Below, in pieces: positions 40,427 to 50,331 of a stretch of DNA of 64,000 nucleotides (its first letter is position 1; each line of letters starts with the position of its first letter). Origin of the DNA: an uncultured Candidatus Rokubacteria bacterium (GTDB lineage: Bacteria; Methylomirabilota; Methylomirabilia; Rokubacteriales; CSP1-6); the NCBI GenBank assembly GCA_963789955.1, contig CAWBMV010000006.1, forward strand, positions 96,001 through 160,000, read 5' to 3'. Under the pieces are notes generated by a model. It ran no database searches, was not told the DNA's origin, and saw only the letters and a list, made by a program, of their open reading frames with translations. The translations under genes were made by a program, and so were the position numbers.

Positions 40427-40469
40427 TGGCGTGGCCTCCCGGAGCGATGGGGGCGTGGCGGTCGGCTCA

Positions 40470-42707
40470 TCATCCGGCTCGCCGGCCGGCCGCCGCCGCG
40501 GCCGAGCTCAGCAGGCGTGCGATCTCGACGCGGTCGGCGGCGTTGGTCGTCGGGGTGGAAGCCAGGCGCGCGGCGTCCCGGTAGTAGCGCTCGACCGAGA
40601 ATTCGCTCGTGTAGCCGTACCCGCCGTGGACTCGCATGGAGTCGAGCGTGACCTCGTACGCGATTTCCGACGCGTACACCTTCGCGATGAGGCGGCTCGT
40701 GTCGTCGGCGTCGGGCTCGGCGGCGGCGTACGTGAGCAGGCGCGCCGCCGTGATCCTGGTCGCCATGCCGGCGAGCGCCAGCTGGATCGCCTGGTGCTGG
40801 GCGATCGGCTTCCCGAAGGTCGTTCGCTGCTGGGAATAGCGAAGCGCGGCCTCGAACGCGGCCTGCGCCAGCCCGACACCGATCGCCGCGACACAGAGTC
40901 GGGCGAGCGCCAGGACGGCCGCGCCCGTTCGATCATCGCGCGCGGCGGCAGCGCCGAAGCGATTCCGTGAGGGAACGCGGCACGCCTCAAACCCGATGCG
41001 ACACACGTCGAGGCCTCGCAGCCCGAGCGTCGCGGCCGGCGCGCCGACCCGGACGCCGCGCATGTCGGGGCCCACGACGAGCCACACGGCGCCGTCAGGC
41101 GAGGTCGCCTCCACCAGCACCAGGCCCGCGTGAGCCGCATGGTCGATCGGCGCCGTCTCGCCATCCAGAATCCAGTCTTCGCCGGCGCGCGTGGCATGAA
41201 TGCCGCTCGCGATCGCCACGGCGCCGAGGGTTTCACCGCATGTCATCGCCGGCAGAAGGCGCTCGCGCTGCTCGCCGGTCCCCACGCTCTCGATCGCGCG
41301 CGTGACGACGAAGTGCGCGAGCGCAATCGCGGAGAGAGTGGCCGAGCCTCGCGCGAGCTCCTCGACGATCATCGCGGTCGTCCGGAGATCGAGCCCGAGG
41401 CCTCCGTACCTGGGGTCGACGAGCGCGCCGAGGATTCCGAGCTCGCCGAGTCCGGTCACCAGACCGGCGGGATGGGCATGGGCGACGTCGAGGTCCTGGG
41501 CCGCGGGGATGACCTGCTTGTCGACGAGCTGCCGTACCGCGAAGACCATCTGCCGGATCTCCTCGGACTCTCCCTCGCGCGAGGTGAGCGCACCGAGGCG
41601 CTCGCCGTACCGCTCGAGCAGGCTCCGCGCAATGATGGTCCGCTGGATCTCGTTCGTGCCCTCGCCGATGATCATCAGCGGCGTGTCGCGGTAGTACCGC
41701 TCGACGTTCAGCGCGGCGAGGGCGCCGGCGGCGCCGTGCAGACGGAGCGCCTCGACGGCAACCTCCTGAGCCGACTCGGAGGCGAAGAGCTTCGCCATTC
41801 CCGCCTCGAGGTCGCAGCGCTCGCCGCGGTCCTTCATCGCGGCCGCCCACGAGGTGAGCAGGCGCGCCGCCCTGAGCTTCGCCGCCATGTCGGCGAGGGC
41901 GGGCGGAGCCTCGGCGCCAGCGCCGCCCAGATGGGCGAGCGTATCGTCGTAGGCCGCCTGCGCGACGCCGACGGCGCGCGCCGCGATGTTGATCCGGCCG
42001 GCCTCGAGCCCGCCCATCACGTGCTTGAAGCCGCGCCCCTCGACGCCGCCCACCAGGTTCGCGGCCGGCACCACGCACTCGTCGAAGACCAGCTCCGCGG
42101 TGTCGACGCCCTTGTAACCGAGCTTCGCGATCGACTTCACCACCCGGAAGCCCGGATAGCCCTTCTCGACGATGAAGCACGACATCCCGCGGTGCCGCGG
42201 CTCGGCCTTGGGATCGGTCAGCGCCAGCAGCGCGAGGGTGTTGCCCTCGCGCGCATTCGTGATGAAGAGCTTCGTGCCGGTGATGAGGTAGTCGTCCCCA
42301 CGGCGCACGGCGACGGTGCGAATCGCCTGCACGTCCGTGCCGGCATGCGGCTCGGTCAGCGCGAGGCCGCCCCGGGCCTGGCCGCGCGCGAAGCGGGGGA
42401 GGAAGCGCTCGCGCTGCGCGTCGGTCCCATGGTTCAGCACGATCAGCGCGGCCATCGTGTGGCTGTTGATCACACCCGCCAGGGACATCCAGCCTCGGCA
42501 CAGCTCCTCGATCACGCGCGCGTACGTCGTCACGTCGAGCCCGAGGCCACCGTACGCGGCCGGCACCAGCGAGCCGAACAGGCCGAGCTCACGCATCCGG
42601 GCGACCAGGTCGTGGGGATAGGCGTCGGCGTGCTCGAGCGCGGCGGCGGCGGGACGGACCTCGGAATCGACGAATTCGCGCACCGCGCTGACCACGGGGT
42701 GGTCCAT
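40470..42707 (-). CDS. Tandem two-module acyl-CoA dehydrogenase
   Basis: Module 1: LTEPHAGTD, GTKLFITN, KLG, GEGTNEIQ. Module 2: RTTFGKPI, HQAIQ, HGGYGY, ERYYRDA. Confidence 0.9.
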   Translation of the reverse strand: MDHPVVSAVREFVDSEVRPAAAALEHADAYPHDLVARMRELGLFGSLVPAAYGGLGLDVTTYARVIEELCRGWMSLAGVINSHTMAALIVLNHGTDAQRERFLPRFARGQARGGLALTEPHAGTDVQAIRTVAVRRGDDYLITGTKLFITNAREGNTLALLALTDPKAEPRHRGMSCFIVEKGYPGFRVVKSIAKLGYKGVDTAELVFDECVVPAANLVGGVEGRGFKHVMGGLEAGRINIAARAVGVAQAAYDDTLAHLGGAGAEAPPALADMAAKLRAARLLTSWAAAMKDRGERCDLEAGMAKLFASESAQEVAVEALRLHGAAGALAALNVERYYRDTPLMIIGEGTNEIQRTIIARSLLERYGERLGALTSREGESEEIRQMVFAVRQLVDKQVIPAAQDLDVAHAHPAGLVTGLGELGILGALVDPRYGGLGLDLRTTAMIVEELARGSATLSAIALAHFVVTRAIESVGTGEQRERLLPAMTCGETLGAVAIASGIHATRAGEDWILDGETAPIDHAAHAGLVLVEATSPDGAVWLVVGPDMRGVRVGAPAATLGLRGLDVCRIGFEACRVPSRNRFGAAAARDDRTGAAVLALARLCVAAIGVGLAQAAFEAALRYSQQRTTFGKPIAQHQAIQLALAGMATRITAARLLTYAAAEPDADDTSRLIAKVYASEIAYEVTLDSMRVHGGYGYTSEFSVERYYRDAARLASTPTTNAADRVEIARLLSSAAAAAGRRAG

Positions 42708-42735
42708 GGGCGAACAGATACTACAATATGGGTGC

Positions 42736-44367
42736 ATGCCGTTCGACGACCTCGTCCTTGGTCTGCAGCGCGCGCTCGATCGCCTGGTTCGCCGGCTCCG
42801 GCTCGGACCGCCACCGTCGCCGGGCCAGCGGCGGCTGCTGATCGTGCAGATCGACGGGCTCTCGCGCGCCGTCCTGCAGGAGGCAATCGCCCGGGGACGC
42901 GCGCCGTTCCTGGCGCGACTGCTGCGGCGGCGGGGCTATCTCGTGGCGCCGATGTGCGTCGGGCTCCCGACCTCGACGCCGGCGTTCCAGCTGGCCGCGA
43001 TGTACGGCGTTCGCCCGGACATTCCGGGGTTCCACTACCACGATAAGCGCAGGAAGACCGACGTCTACTTTCCGCGAGGCGGTGACGCAGCCCACGTCGA
43101 GCGAACCCAGGCGGCAGGCCGCCGCGGGATCGTGAGCGGCGGCGGGACCTACGGATGCGTCTTCACGGGCGGCGCCGCCAGCAATCTGATGACCTTCGCG
43201 ATGATGAAGCGCCCGACCGGCGGGGGGCTCATCCGTGCCGCCTCCAATCTGGTCGTGAACGCCTGGGTTCTCGTGAAAGGGACGATCGCCTCGACGGTCG
43301 AGGTCGTCCGCGTCTTGCTGCGGACGATCGCCGATCCCGTATCCGCAGCGTCGGGCAACTGGAAATGGCTGGCGATCAAGCTCGGAATCTCGGTGTGGCT
43401 GCGCGAGCTCTTCACCCTGGCGGCCGCCCGCGACATTTACGCCGGCGTCCCGGCGATCTACGTCAACTATCTCGACTACGACGTGGCCGGCCACGCCTGG
43501 GGCCCGCGACATCGCCGCGCCCTCCGGGCTCTGCACCGCGTCGATGCCTCAATCCTTCGGCTCTGGCGGGTACTGAGGCGGGTGCCGGAGTATCGCTACG
43601 ACCTCTACGTGCTGTCCGATCACGGCCAGGCCGCGAGCGTGCCCTATCTCAAGGTGACCGGCGGCCGGCCGATCGAGCAGTCGCTCTTCGAGGATTTCTT
43701 CGATCCCGAGGGCGCCCGCGTGGTGTCCACGCCGGAGCGCAAGCACGGCGGTCTCGCCACCGGCATCGAGGCGCTCCGGGCGCAGCGAGCCCCCGGGTTC
43801 TTCCAGCGGTTCGTGAACTACCTCGAGCAGGACTTCCCCTGGGTGCTCGGAGGCACGCGCTCCGTTCGTGAGCGCGGCGGCATCCGGGTGATCGCCGCCG
43901 GTCCGAACGCCTTCGTCTACTTTCTTGAGACGGCGGAGCCGTTGACCCTGGAGCGCATCGAGGAGCGCTACCCCGCGCTGGCCGCGCGCATCTCGGCCTC
44001 GCCCGGTATCGGGATCGTCCTGGTGCGGTCGGCGGACGGCCCGCTCTGTTTCTGGCGCGGCGCGCGCTACGGCCTCGACGCGCTCGCCACCGGGCCCTTT
44101 GCCAAGCGGCCCGACCTCGAGCGGGTCGTCGAGGGGATCCGCGACTTGATGGCGATGCCCTCGGCGGGCGACCTGGTGATCTATGGAATCGACGCGCCAC
44201 AGGGTAATGTGTCGTTTGTGGCTGAAGTGGGGGCGCATGCCGGTCCGTCGACCGACGAGATGCAGACGTTCCTGATCCATTCGCGCGGCGTGACGGTGCC
44301 GACACCGATCACGCATCCGGTCCAGCTCTACTCGCACTTCGCGCGGTATCAGGTGGACGCGGCGTGA
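42736..44367 (+). CDS. Alkaline phosphatase superfamily (phosphodiesterase/NPP-like) protein
   Basis: QIDGLS, PTSTPAFQ, DYDVAGH, LSDHGQ, GAHAG. Confidence 0.85.
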   Translation: MPFDDLVLGLQRALDRLVRRLRLGPPPSPGQRRLLIVQIDGLSRAVLQEAIARGRAPFLARLLRRRGYLVAPMCVGLPTSTPAFQLAAMYGVRPDIPGFHYHDKRRKTDVYFPRGGDAAHVERTQAAGRRGIVSGGGTYGCVFTGGAASNLMTFAMMKRPTGGGLIRAASNLVVNAWVLVKGTIASTVEVVRVLLRTIADPVSAASGNWKWLAIKLGISVWLRELFTLAAARDIYAGVPAIYVNYLDYDVAGHAWGPRHRRALRALHRVDASILRLWRVLRRVPEYRYDLYVLSDHGQAASVPYLKVTGGRPIEQSLFEDFFDPEGARVVSTPERKHGGLATGIEALRAQRAPGFFQRFVNYLEQDFPWVLGGTRSVRERGGIRVIAAGPNAFVYFLETAEPLTLERIEERYPALAARISASPGIGIVLVRSADGPLCFWRGARYGLDALATGPFAKRPDLERVVEGIRDLMAMPSAGDLVIYGIDAPQGNVSFVAEVGAHAGPSTDEMQTFLIHSRGVTVPTPITHPVQLYSHFARYQVDAA

Positions 44368-45128
44368 GGCATCTCACGGTCGTGAGCTACAACATCCACC
44401 GCGGCGTCGGGCTCGACCGCCGCCGTGACCTCGATCGAATCGCCGACGTCATCGGCGAGGTCGGTCCCGACGTCGTCGGGCTCCAGGAAGTGATTCGCGA
44501 GGGGGGCGGCCTTCCGGAGGCCGACCAGGCCGCCTACCTGGCGGCGCGGCTCGAGATGACCGAGCTCATCATGGGCGAGACCCGCGTGCACGGCGCCGGA
44601 ACGTACGGCAACGTCGTACTCAGCCGCCTGCCGGTCCTCGGCTCCGGACGCTGCGATCTGAGCTACAGCATGCGCGAGCCGCGAGGCTGCGTGCGCGTCG
44701 ACTTCGACGTCGACGGCATGCCGCTGCACGTGTTCAACTGCCACTTCGGTCTGGCGCTGCGGGAGCGCCGCGAGCAACTCGGGCTGCTCGGTGCCTTCAT
44801 CCGCGCGTCCGGACGTCTGGCCGGCCCGCGCGTACTCCTGGGCGACTTCAACGAGTGGCATCGCGGGCCGGTGACGCGCGGGCTGCGGCGCGAGTTCTCG
44901 TCACCGATGCGACGCCGGCGCACTCACCCGGCGATGTTCCCGCTCTTTGCGCTGGACCGGATCTACTGGGACGCCGAGCTGGAGGGCGAGGAGTTCAGCG
45001 TGCACCGGAGCCGGCTGGCCCGTGTGGCTTCGGACCATCTCCCGGTGGTCGCACGGCTGCGCGTGCGCCATCGGCCGCCGCGTCCGTCTCCGTACGTCGT
45101 CGGCGACGCGCTTCCGCCGCCGGAGTAG
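44364..45128 (+). CDS. Endonuclease/exonuclease/phosphatase family (YbhP-like)
   Basis: SYNIH, LQEV, GDFNEW, LDRIY, SDHLP. Confidence 0.93.
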   Translation: MRHLTVVSYNIHRGVGLDRRRDLDRIADVIGEVGPDVVGLQEVIREGGGLPEADQAAYLAARLEMTELIMGETRVHGAGTYGNVVLSRLPVLGSGRCDLSYSMREPRGCVRVDFDVDGMPLHVFNCHFGLALRERREQLGLLGAFIRASGRLAGPRVLLGDFNEWHRGPVTRGLRREFSSPMRRRRTHPAMFPLFALDRIYWDAELEGEEFSVHRSRLARVASDHLPVVARLRVRHRPPRPSPYVVGDALPPPE

Positions 45129-45147
45129 GCTTACCGCGTCGCGGCGC

Positions 45148-46371
45148 TCAGTCCCGGCCGGCCAGGTCGAGGGCCGCGAGCAAGAGGGTGCGGGCGCCGT
45201 ACTCGATGTCGTCGATCGGCGTGAACTCCTCCTCGCAGTGACTGCGGCCGTCGTGCGACGGCACGAAGACCATCCCGGTCGGTCCGATCGCCGCCATGTA
45301 CTGCGCGTCATGACCGGCGCCCGAGAGGATCCGGCGATATCGCGCGCCGGAGGCTCGCGCCGCGCGCTCGACCGTGTCGACGACCTCGCGAGCGAACGGT
45401 GTGTAGGGCACCCGCCAGTAGTTCTCGAGCTCGTAGCGCACGCCCTCGCGCCCACACGCCGCGCGCACGATCGGCTCGAGCCGCGCCTGCGCCTCGTCGA
45501 GCGTCGCGTCCTTCGGGTCGCGCATATCGATCGAGAGCGTCACCTTGCCCGGGATCGCATTGACGATGTTCGGTGTCACCACGAGATGGCCGATCGTCGT
45601 CACCAGCTCACCGCCGATCTCGCGCGCAATCTTGCGAACTCCCGAGATCACCTCGGCGGCGGCCACCAGGGCGTCGTGGCGGATCCGCATCGGCGTCGGG
45701 CCGGCATGGTCCTGCACCCCGTGGATCGTCAGACGGGACCAGCCGATCGCCACGATGCCTTCGACGACCCCGACCGAGAGCTTTTCTTCCTCGAGGAACG
45801 GGCCCTGCTCGATGTGGAGCTCGAGGTACGCGCGGATCGGCCTCGGTATGCAGGGCTCGGATCCCAGATAGCCGATCCGCTCGAGCTCGTCGACCAGCCG
45901 GATCCCGTCCTCGTCCTTGGCGTTGTAGGCGTCTTCGAGGGCGATCTTGCCGGCCATGACACCGCTGGCGATCATCGCCGGCTGAAAGCGGGCCCCTTCC
46001 TCGTTGGTGAAGATCGCCAGGGTCACGGGATGGCGCGTGCGGATCTTCAGGTCGTTGAGCGTCCGGATGACTTCGAGGCCGCAGAGGACGCCGAGCTGGC
46101 CGTCGTAGCGACCGCCCGTCGGCACCGAATCCACGTGGGAGCCCATCATCACCGGCGGGAGCGTCGCCGTCCCCGGACGCTGACCGAAGATGTTTCCCAT
46201 CTGGTCGACGGCGACCGAGAGGCCGGCCTCGCGCATGCGCGTGACCATCCAGTCGCGGCCGCGCTTGTCGTCGTCAGTGAGCGCCAGGCGGGTGAGCCCG
46301 CCGCGCGGGGTCTGACCGATCCGGCCGAGCTCCTCGATCGACTGCTCGAGACGCCGCCTGTCGACATTCAT
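45148..46371 (-). CDS. M20 Zn-dependent amidohydrolase (allantoate/N-carbamoyl-amino-acid hydrolase)
   Basis: GSHVDSVP, YDGQLGV, NEEGARF, ELHIEQG, HAGPTPM, SGAGHDA, SHCEEE. Confidence 0.94.
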   Translation of the reverse strand: MNVDRRRLEQSIEELGRIGQTPRGGLTRLALTDDDKRGRDWMVTRMREAGLSVAVDQMGNIFGQRPGTATLPPVMMGSHVDSVPTGGRYDGQLGVLCGLEVIRTLNDLKIRTRHPVTLAIFTNEEGARFQPAMIASGVMAGKIALEDAYNAKDEDGIRLVDELERIGYLGSEPCIPRPIRAYLELHIEQGPFLEEEKLSVGVVEGIVAIGWSRLTIHGVQDHAGPTPMRIRHDALVAAAEVISGVRKIAREIGGELVTTIGHLVVTPNIVNAIPGKVTLSIDMRDPKDATLDEAQARLEPIVRAACGREGVRYELENYWRVPYTPFAREVVDTVERAARASGARYRRILSGAGHDAQYMAAIGPTGMVFVPSHDGRSHCEEEFTPIDDIEYGARTLLLAALDLAGRD

Positions 46372-46384
46372 CTTCTTCCTCCGG

Positions 46385-46480
46385 ACACGCAGAAGACGGG
46401 GACGCGTCGCCAGCACGCGCGCGACCTCCAGGCGCTTGCGGAGCCCAATGAGCAACGTGCGCGCCTGTCCCCTGGGGGCC
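46385..46480 (-). pseudogene. Remnant of a LivG-type ABC ATPase
   Basis: Translates as ARTLLIGLRKRLEVARVLATRPRLL, matching the LivG segment just before Walker B. Confidence 0.5.
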
Positions 46481-46535
46481 CCTGCCGGCTGTCCGCCATT
46501 GTCGCGCCCAGAATAGCTGGTTTAGACTCGGAGGC

Positions 46536-47072
46536 GTGAGCGACAACCCCGTCCTGTCACCCGCGACGATCAGCTTCTGCCCCCTCTGCGGCGCCGCCCT
46601 CGCGGTCGAGTCGGTGCCGCCCGACCACCGTGAGCAGAAAGTCTGCTCGCGCTGCCGGTTCGTCTTCTACCTGAACCCGAAGGTCGTGGCCGCGACCATT
46701 CCCGAGCAGGACGGCGCCATCCTCCTCACGCGGCGCTCGATCAACCCGGGGAGCGGGCTGTGGACGTTTCCGGGCGGGTTCGTGGACTTCGGCGAGACCG
46801 TGACCGACGGCGCCATGCGCGAGACGTTCGAGGAGACCGGCCTGAAGGTCGACCTGACCGGGCTGCTCAACGTGTACACCTATCCGGCGGCTCCGGTGAT
46901 CATCGTCTACAAGGCGCGCGTGATCGGCGGCACCCTGACGACGTGCGACGAGAACGACGCGCTCGAGTGGGTCACGCCCGAGCGGATTCCGTGGGATGTG
47001 CTGGCATTCCAGTCGACGCGCGAGGCCCTGCGCGACTGGGTCGCGGCGAAGGGACTGATGCCGGGCGGCTAG
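46536..47072 (+). CDS. NUDIX hydrolase with N-terminal zinc ribbon
   Basis: FCPLCG...CSRC, YLNP, GGFVDFGE...RETFEETG. Confidence 0.93.
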   Translation: MSDNPVLSPATISFCPLCGAALAVESVPPDHREQKVCSRCRFVFYLNPKVVAATIPEQDGAILLTRRSINPGSGLWTFPGGFVDFGETVTDGAMRETFEETGLKVDLTGLLNVYTYPAAPVIIVYKARVIGGTLTTCDENDALEWVTPERIPWDVLAFQSTREALRDWVAAKGLMPGG

Positions 47073-47503
47073 GCGCGGGACGGCAGGGCGACGGTCGCTC
47101 GGCCGGTGACGACCTTCTCGGCGCGCTGGTTCTCCGCCCACACCTCGAGCTCGACCAGGTGCACGTCGTCCTTCGACGACTTGCCGACGACACGCCCGCG
47201 GCAGGTCACGACGTCCTTCAGCCTGACGAGCGCGGCGAACCTGACGCCCAGCTTCCTGACGGTGCCGGCGCCCGACCAGTCCGTCACGGCCTGGCCGACG
47301 AATCCCATCGAGAGCATCCCGTGGGCGAAGACGCCGCCCATGCCGGCGGCGCGGGCGAACTCGTCGTCCTGATGGATGGGGTTGAAATCGCCGGACGCGC
47401 CCGCGTAGCGCGTGAGCTGGATCTGCTGGATCGGACCCTTGACGAGCGGCGGCAGCTCGTCGCCCACCTTGATGTCGTCGAAGTAGACCTTCGCGTACTT
47501 CAT
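47069..47503 (-). CDS. MaoC family dehydratase (HadB-like)
   Basis: YAGASGDFNPIH, AHGM. Confidence 0.92.
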   Translation of the reverse strand: MKYAKVYFDDIKVGDELPPLVKGPIQQIQLTRYAGASGDFNPIHQDDEFARAAGMGGVFAHGMLSMGFVGQAVTDWSGAGTVRKLGVRFAALVRLKDVVTCRGRVVGKSSKDDVHLVELEVWAENQRAEKVVTGRATVALPSRA

Positions 47504-47957
47504 AGCCTCACGACCGTCACGCCGCGCATGGTGGCGACGATCTCGTTCGAGCCGTCGGCGATGCGTCGTCTCGCGGACCACGAACGCCATCGGGCCGCTC
47601 CGCCCGGTCTTCTCGTAGATGTCGACGATCTTCGCCCGGCAGAGATAGGTCTGGCCGGGCTGCAGCGGACGGAAGATCTCGAACTCCTGCTCGCCGTGCA
47701 GGATGCGCGAGATGTCCGTGCCGAGCTCGCGCAGGAACGCGGCGGTGTCGGCCGCCTCGTCGCGGAACGTCACCGAGAACGTCGGCGGCGCGATCAGGTC
47801 GCCCCACTCGGAGGCGGCGCCGACGCGATCGTCGAGATAGAGCGGGTTCGTCGTCGCCGAGCGCGCGCGCGAACTCCTTGATCTTCCCGCGCTCGACCGT
47901 CACCGCGTAGGGCGGGTACTCCTTGCCGATCAGCGACGTGTTGATCTGGATCGTCAC
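47500..47957 (-). CDS. MaoC-like dehydratase partner (HadA-like); frameshifts near 47850 and 47565
   Basis: VERGKIKEFARA, APPTF, LHGEQEF. Confidence 0.85.
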
Positions 47958-48352
47958 GATCCCGCGCCCTTCTTCATCGCCCGCGAGAGGAACTTCTCCA
48001 TGTCGGGCACGACGAAGCGCTCGTGCCGCCCTTCGGCGATCTTTTCCTTCTCGTCCCACGCCTCGACCGAGAACAGAAAGCGCTTGCCGTCCGACTCCAG
48101 GAGCGTCGCCTTCGCGCGCACCTTCATGCCGACCGGTGTCGCCGCCAGATGCTTCATCTCGACCATGGTGCCGACCGATCCGCCGCCGGGCGGCAGGTGA
48201 GGCCGGAGCACCGCGCCGGCGGCGTCTTCCAGCATGCCGATGACGAACGGCGTCGCGAAGACGTGCACGCCGCGGTTGCCCATCGCGTGGGCCGTCTTGT
48301 CGTCGCCGACCGTCCCGCTCACTTCCGCCGTGGTGCCGCGCTCGATGTTCAC
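47954..48352 (-). CDS. FlK-like hotdog thioesterase
   Basis: VFATP, LE, SVGT, HLAATPVG, GRHER. Confidence 0.9.
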   Translation of the reverse strand: MNIERGTTAEVSGTVGDDKTAHAMGNRGVHVFATPFVIGMLEDAAGAVLRPHLPPGGGSVGTMVEMKHLAATPVGMKVRAKATLLESDGKRFLFSVEAWDEKEKIAEGRHERFVVPDMEKFLSRAMKKGAGS

Positions 48353-48363
48353 GGAGTCCGGTT

Positions 48364-49096
48364 TTACCGCGGAAAGAGAAGGGAGTGCAAGCCCATCACG
48401 ACCAGCAGCACCTCGATGATGGCCAGGAAGACGCGGTCGCTCATGCGGTCGAGCAGACGGCGCCCGAACCAGGAGCCCGCGAACATCGTCGCGCCGAGCA
48501 GGGCGCCCACCGCGACGGTCTCCCAGGTCAAGAGCGCGTAGCGCGCGAGCGCGGCGCCGCGCGACAGGTGCATGACCATGGCGCAGACGGCTTCGGTCCC
48601 GACGTATGCGCCGCGCCGAAGGCCGTAGGCGAGGAAGAACGGCGTGTTCAGCGGGCCGGTCGTGACCACGAGCCCCGAGATGAGCCCGACCGCCGCGCCG
48701 AGCGCCGGGAAGTAGCGCAGGCGCATCCTGAAGAAGTCCATCGCGAGAACGCGGCGCAGCGGGACCGACGCGATCAGGAAGAGGCCGACGAACCGTCCGA
48801 GCCACTCCGCCGGCGCGCCGACGTAGAGCGCGGTGCCCAGCGCGGTCGCCGGCACCGCGCCGAGCGCGAATCGCAGAACGACCGCTCGGTCCACCTCGCC
48901 GCGGCTCCACCAGATCCGCGCGAGATTGCCGATCGCCATCGTGATCGTCAGCACGGGCACCGCCGCGCGCAGGCCGAGCACCCACGCGACGAGCGGCAGC
49001 ATGATGATCCCGGTACCGAATCCGGCGACGCCGCCGATCAGGGAGCCCACGAGCGCGCCGACGACGAGGACTGACCCAACCGATCGGATCGGGCAT
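48364..49096 (-). CDS. TauE/SafE family membrane protein (frameshift near 49070)
   Basis: GGVAGFGTG, GLISGLVVTTGP, YVGTEA. Confidence 0.87.
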
Positions 49097-49116
49097 GTCG
49101 TGTCATCATACGCGGA

Positions 49117-50272
49117 ATGTCCCGATGGCTCGCCGCGGCGGGCGCGCTCGTCGTCTCGCTCGACTCCATGATGAACATCGCGTTCCCCGCGATCGCCGCG
49201 GCGTTCGCGGTTCCGCCCGAGCGCGTGCGGTGGGTGATCATCTGCTACGTGCTGACCTACGCGATCACCGCGTTCGCCGGGGGCGCCGCCGCGGATCAGC
49301 TCGGGCACGTCGCGGTGTTCCGTGCCGGCGTCGCGCTGAGCGTGGTCGCGTTCGTGATGGGCGGCGCGGCGCCGAGCTTCAACTGGCTCCTCATCGCGCG
49401 CGTCGTCCAGGGCTTCGCGGGGGGGCTGATCTACGGCACCGCGCCCGCGCTGAGCACGCTCGGAGCGCCGGCCACGATGCGCGGGCGGCGGCTCGGCTTC
49501 TTGAGCGCGGCCATGGGGCTCGGCTTGCTGGGCTCGCTGCCGGCCGGCGCGCTGGTCGAATCCTTCGGCTGGCGCGCCGTGTATCACGTCCGTGTCCCCG
49601 CTCGCGCTCGCGGTGCTCGCCTGGGCGCTGGTCACTCGAGCCGGGACCGTCGAGCCCCAGCGCAAGCCCGTCGCCTTCGGTGACCTGACGCGCGGGCCCG
49701 TGCTGCGCGCGGGCGCCCTGTCCTTCGTCGCCCGCGGCGCGATCTTCGCGATCTGGCTGCTGGTGCCGTTCTACCTGGTCGAGGCGCGCGGGCTCGGCGC
49801 CTTCGTCGGCGGCTTCTTCTTCATGCTCACGCCGCTCGGCACGACGGTGGCGGCTCCGCTGGCCGGTCGACTCGCCGATCGGGTCGGCCCTTCGGCGCCG
49901 GCCGTCGCCGGGCTGGCGCTCGAGGCCCTCGGCCTCGCCGCGCTCGGCTTCGTCGGCGGCTCGACTCCGCTCGCCGTCGTCGCGCTCGCGCTGTTCGTCG
50001 CCGGCTTCGGTCTGGGCTTCTTCGAGGTGCCGAACATGACGACGATCATGACGGCGTTCCCGTCCGGCCAGCAGGGAGCCGCCGGCGGCCTCTCGTTCCT
50101 GGCGCGCACCCTCGGCGTCGTCACCGGCGTCGCGGTGACCGGGCAGATCGTCGCCGCCCGCACCGCGGCGGTCGGCTTCCTCGGCGCGTTCGCCGAGTCG
50201 CTCCTGGTGGCCGCGGTCGCGGTCGCCGTCGCGTCGGTCTTCGCGCTCGCCGGCGCGCGCGCTCGGCGCTGA
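49117..50272 (+). CDS. MFS transporter (frameshift near 49600)
   Basis: LDSMMNIAFP, ARVVQG, GWRAVY, GRLADRVG. Confidence 0.87.
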
Positions 50273-50331
50273 GCCCGGCGCGGCGCTATACTGCTGGCCA
50301 TGAAGGTTCTGTGAGGGGGAGGGAGGCACCG

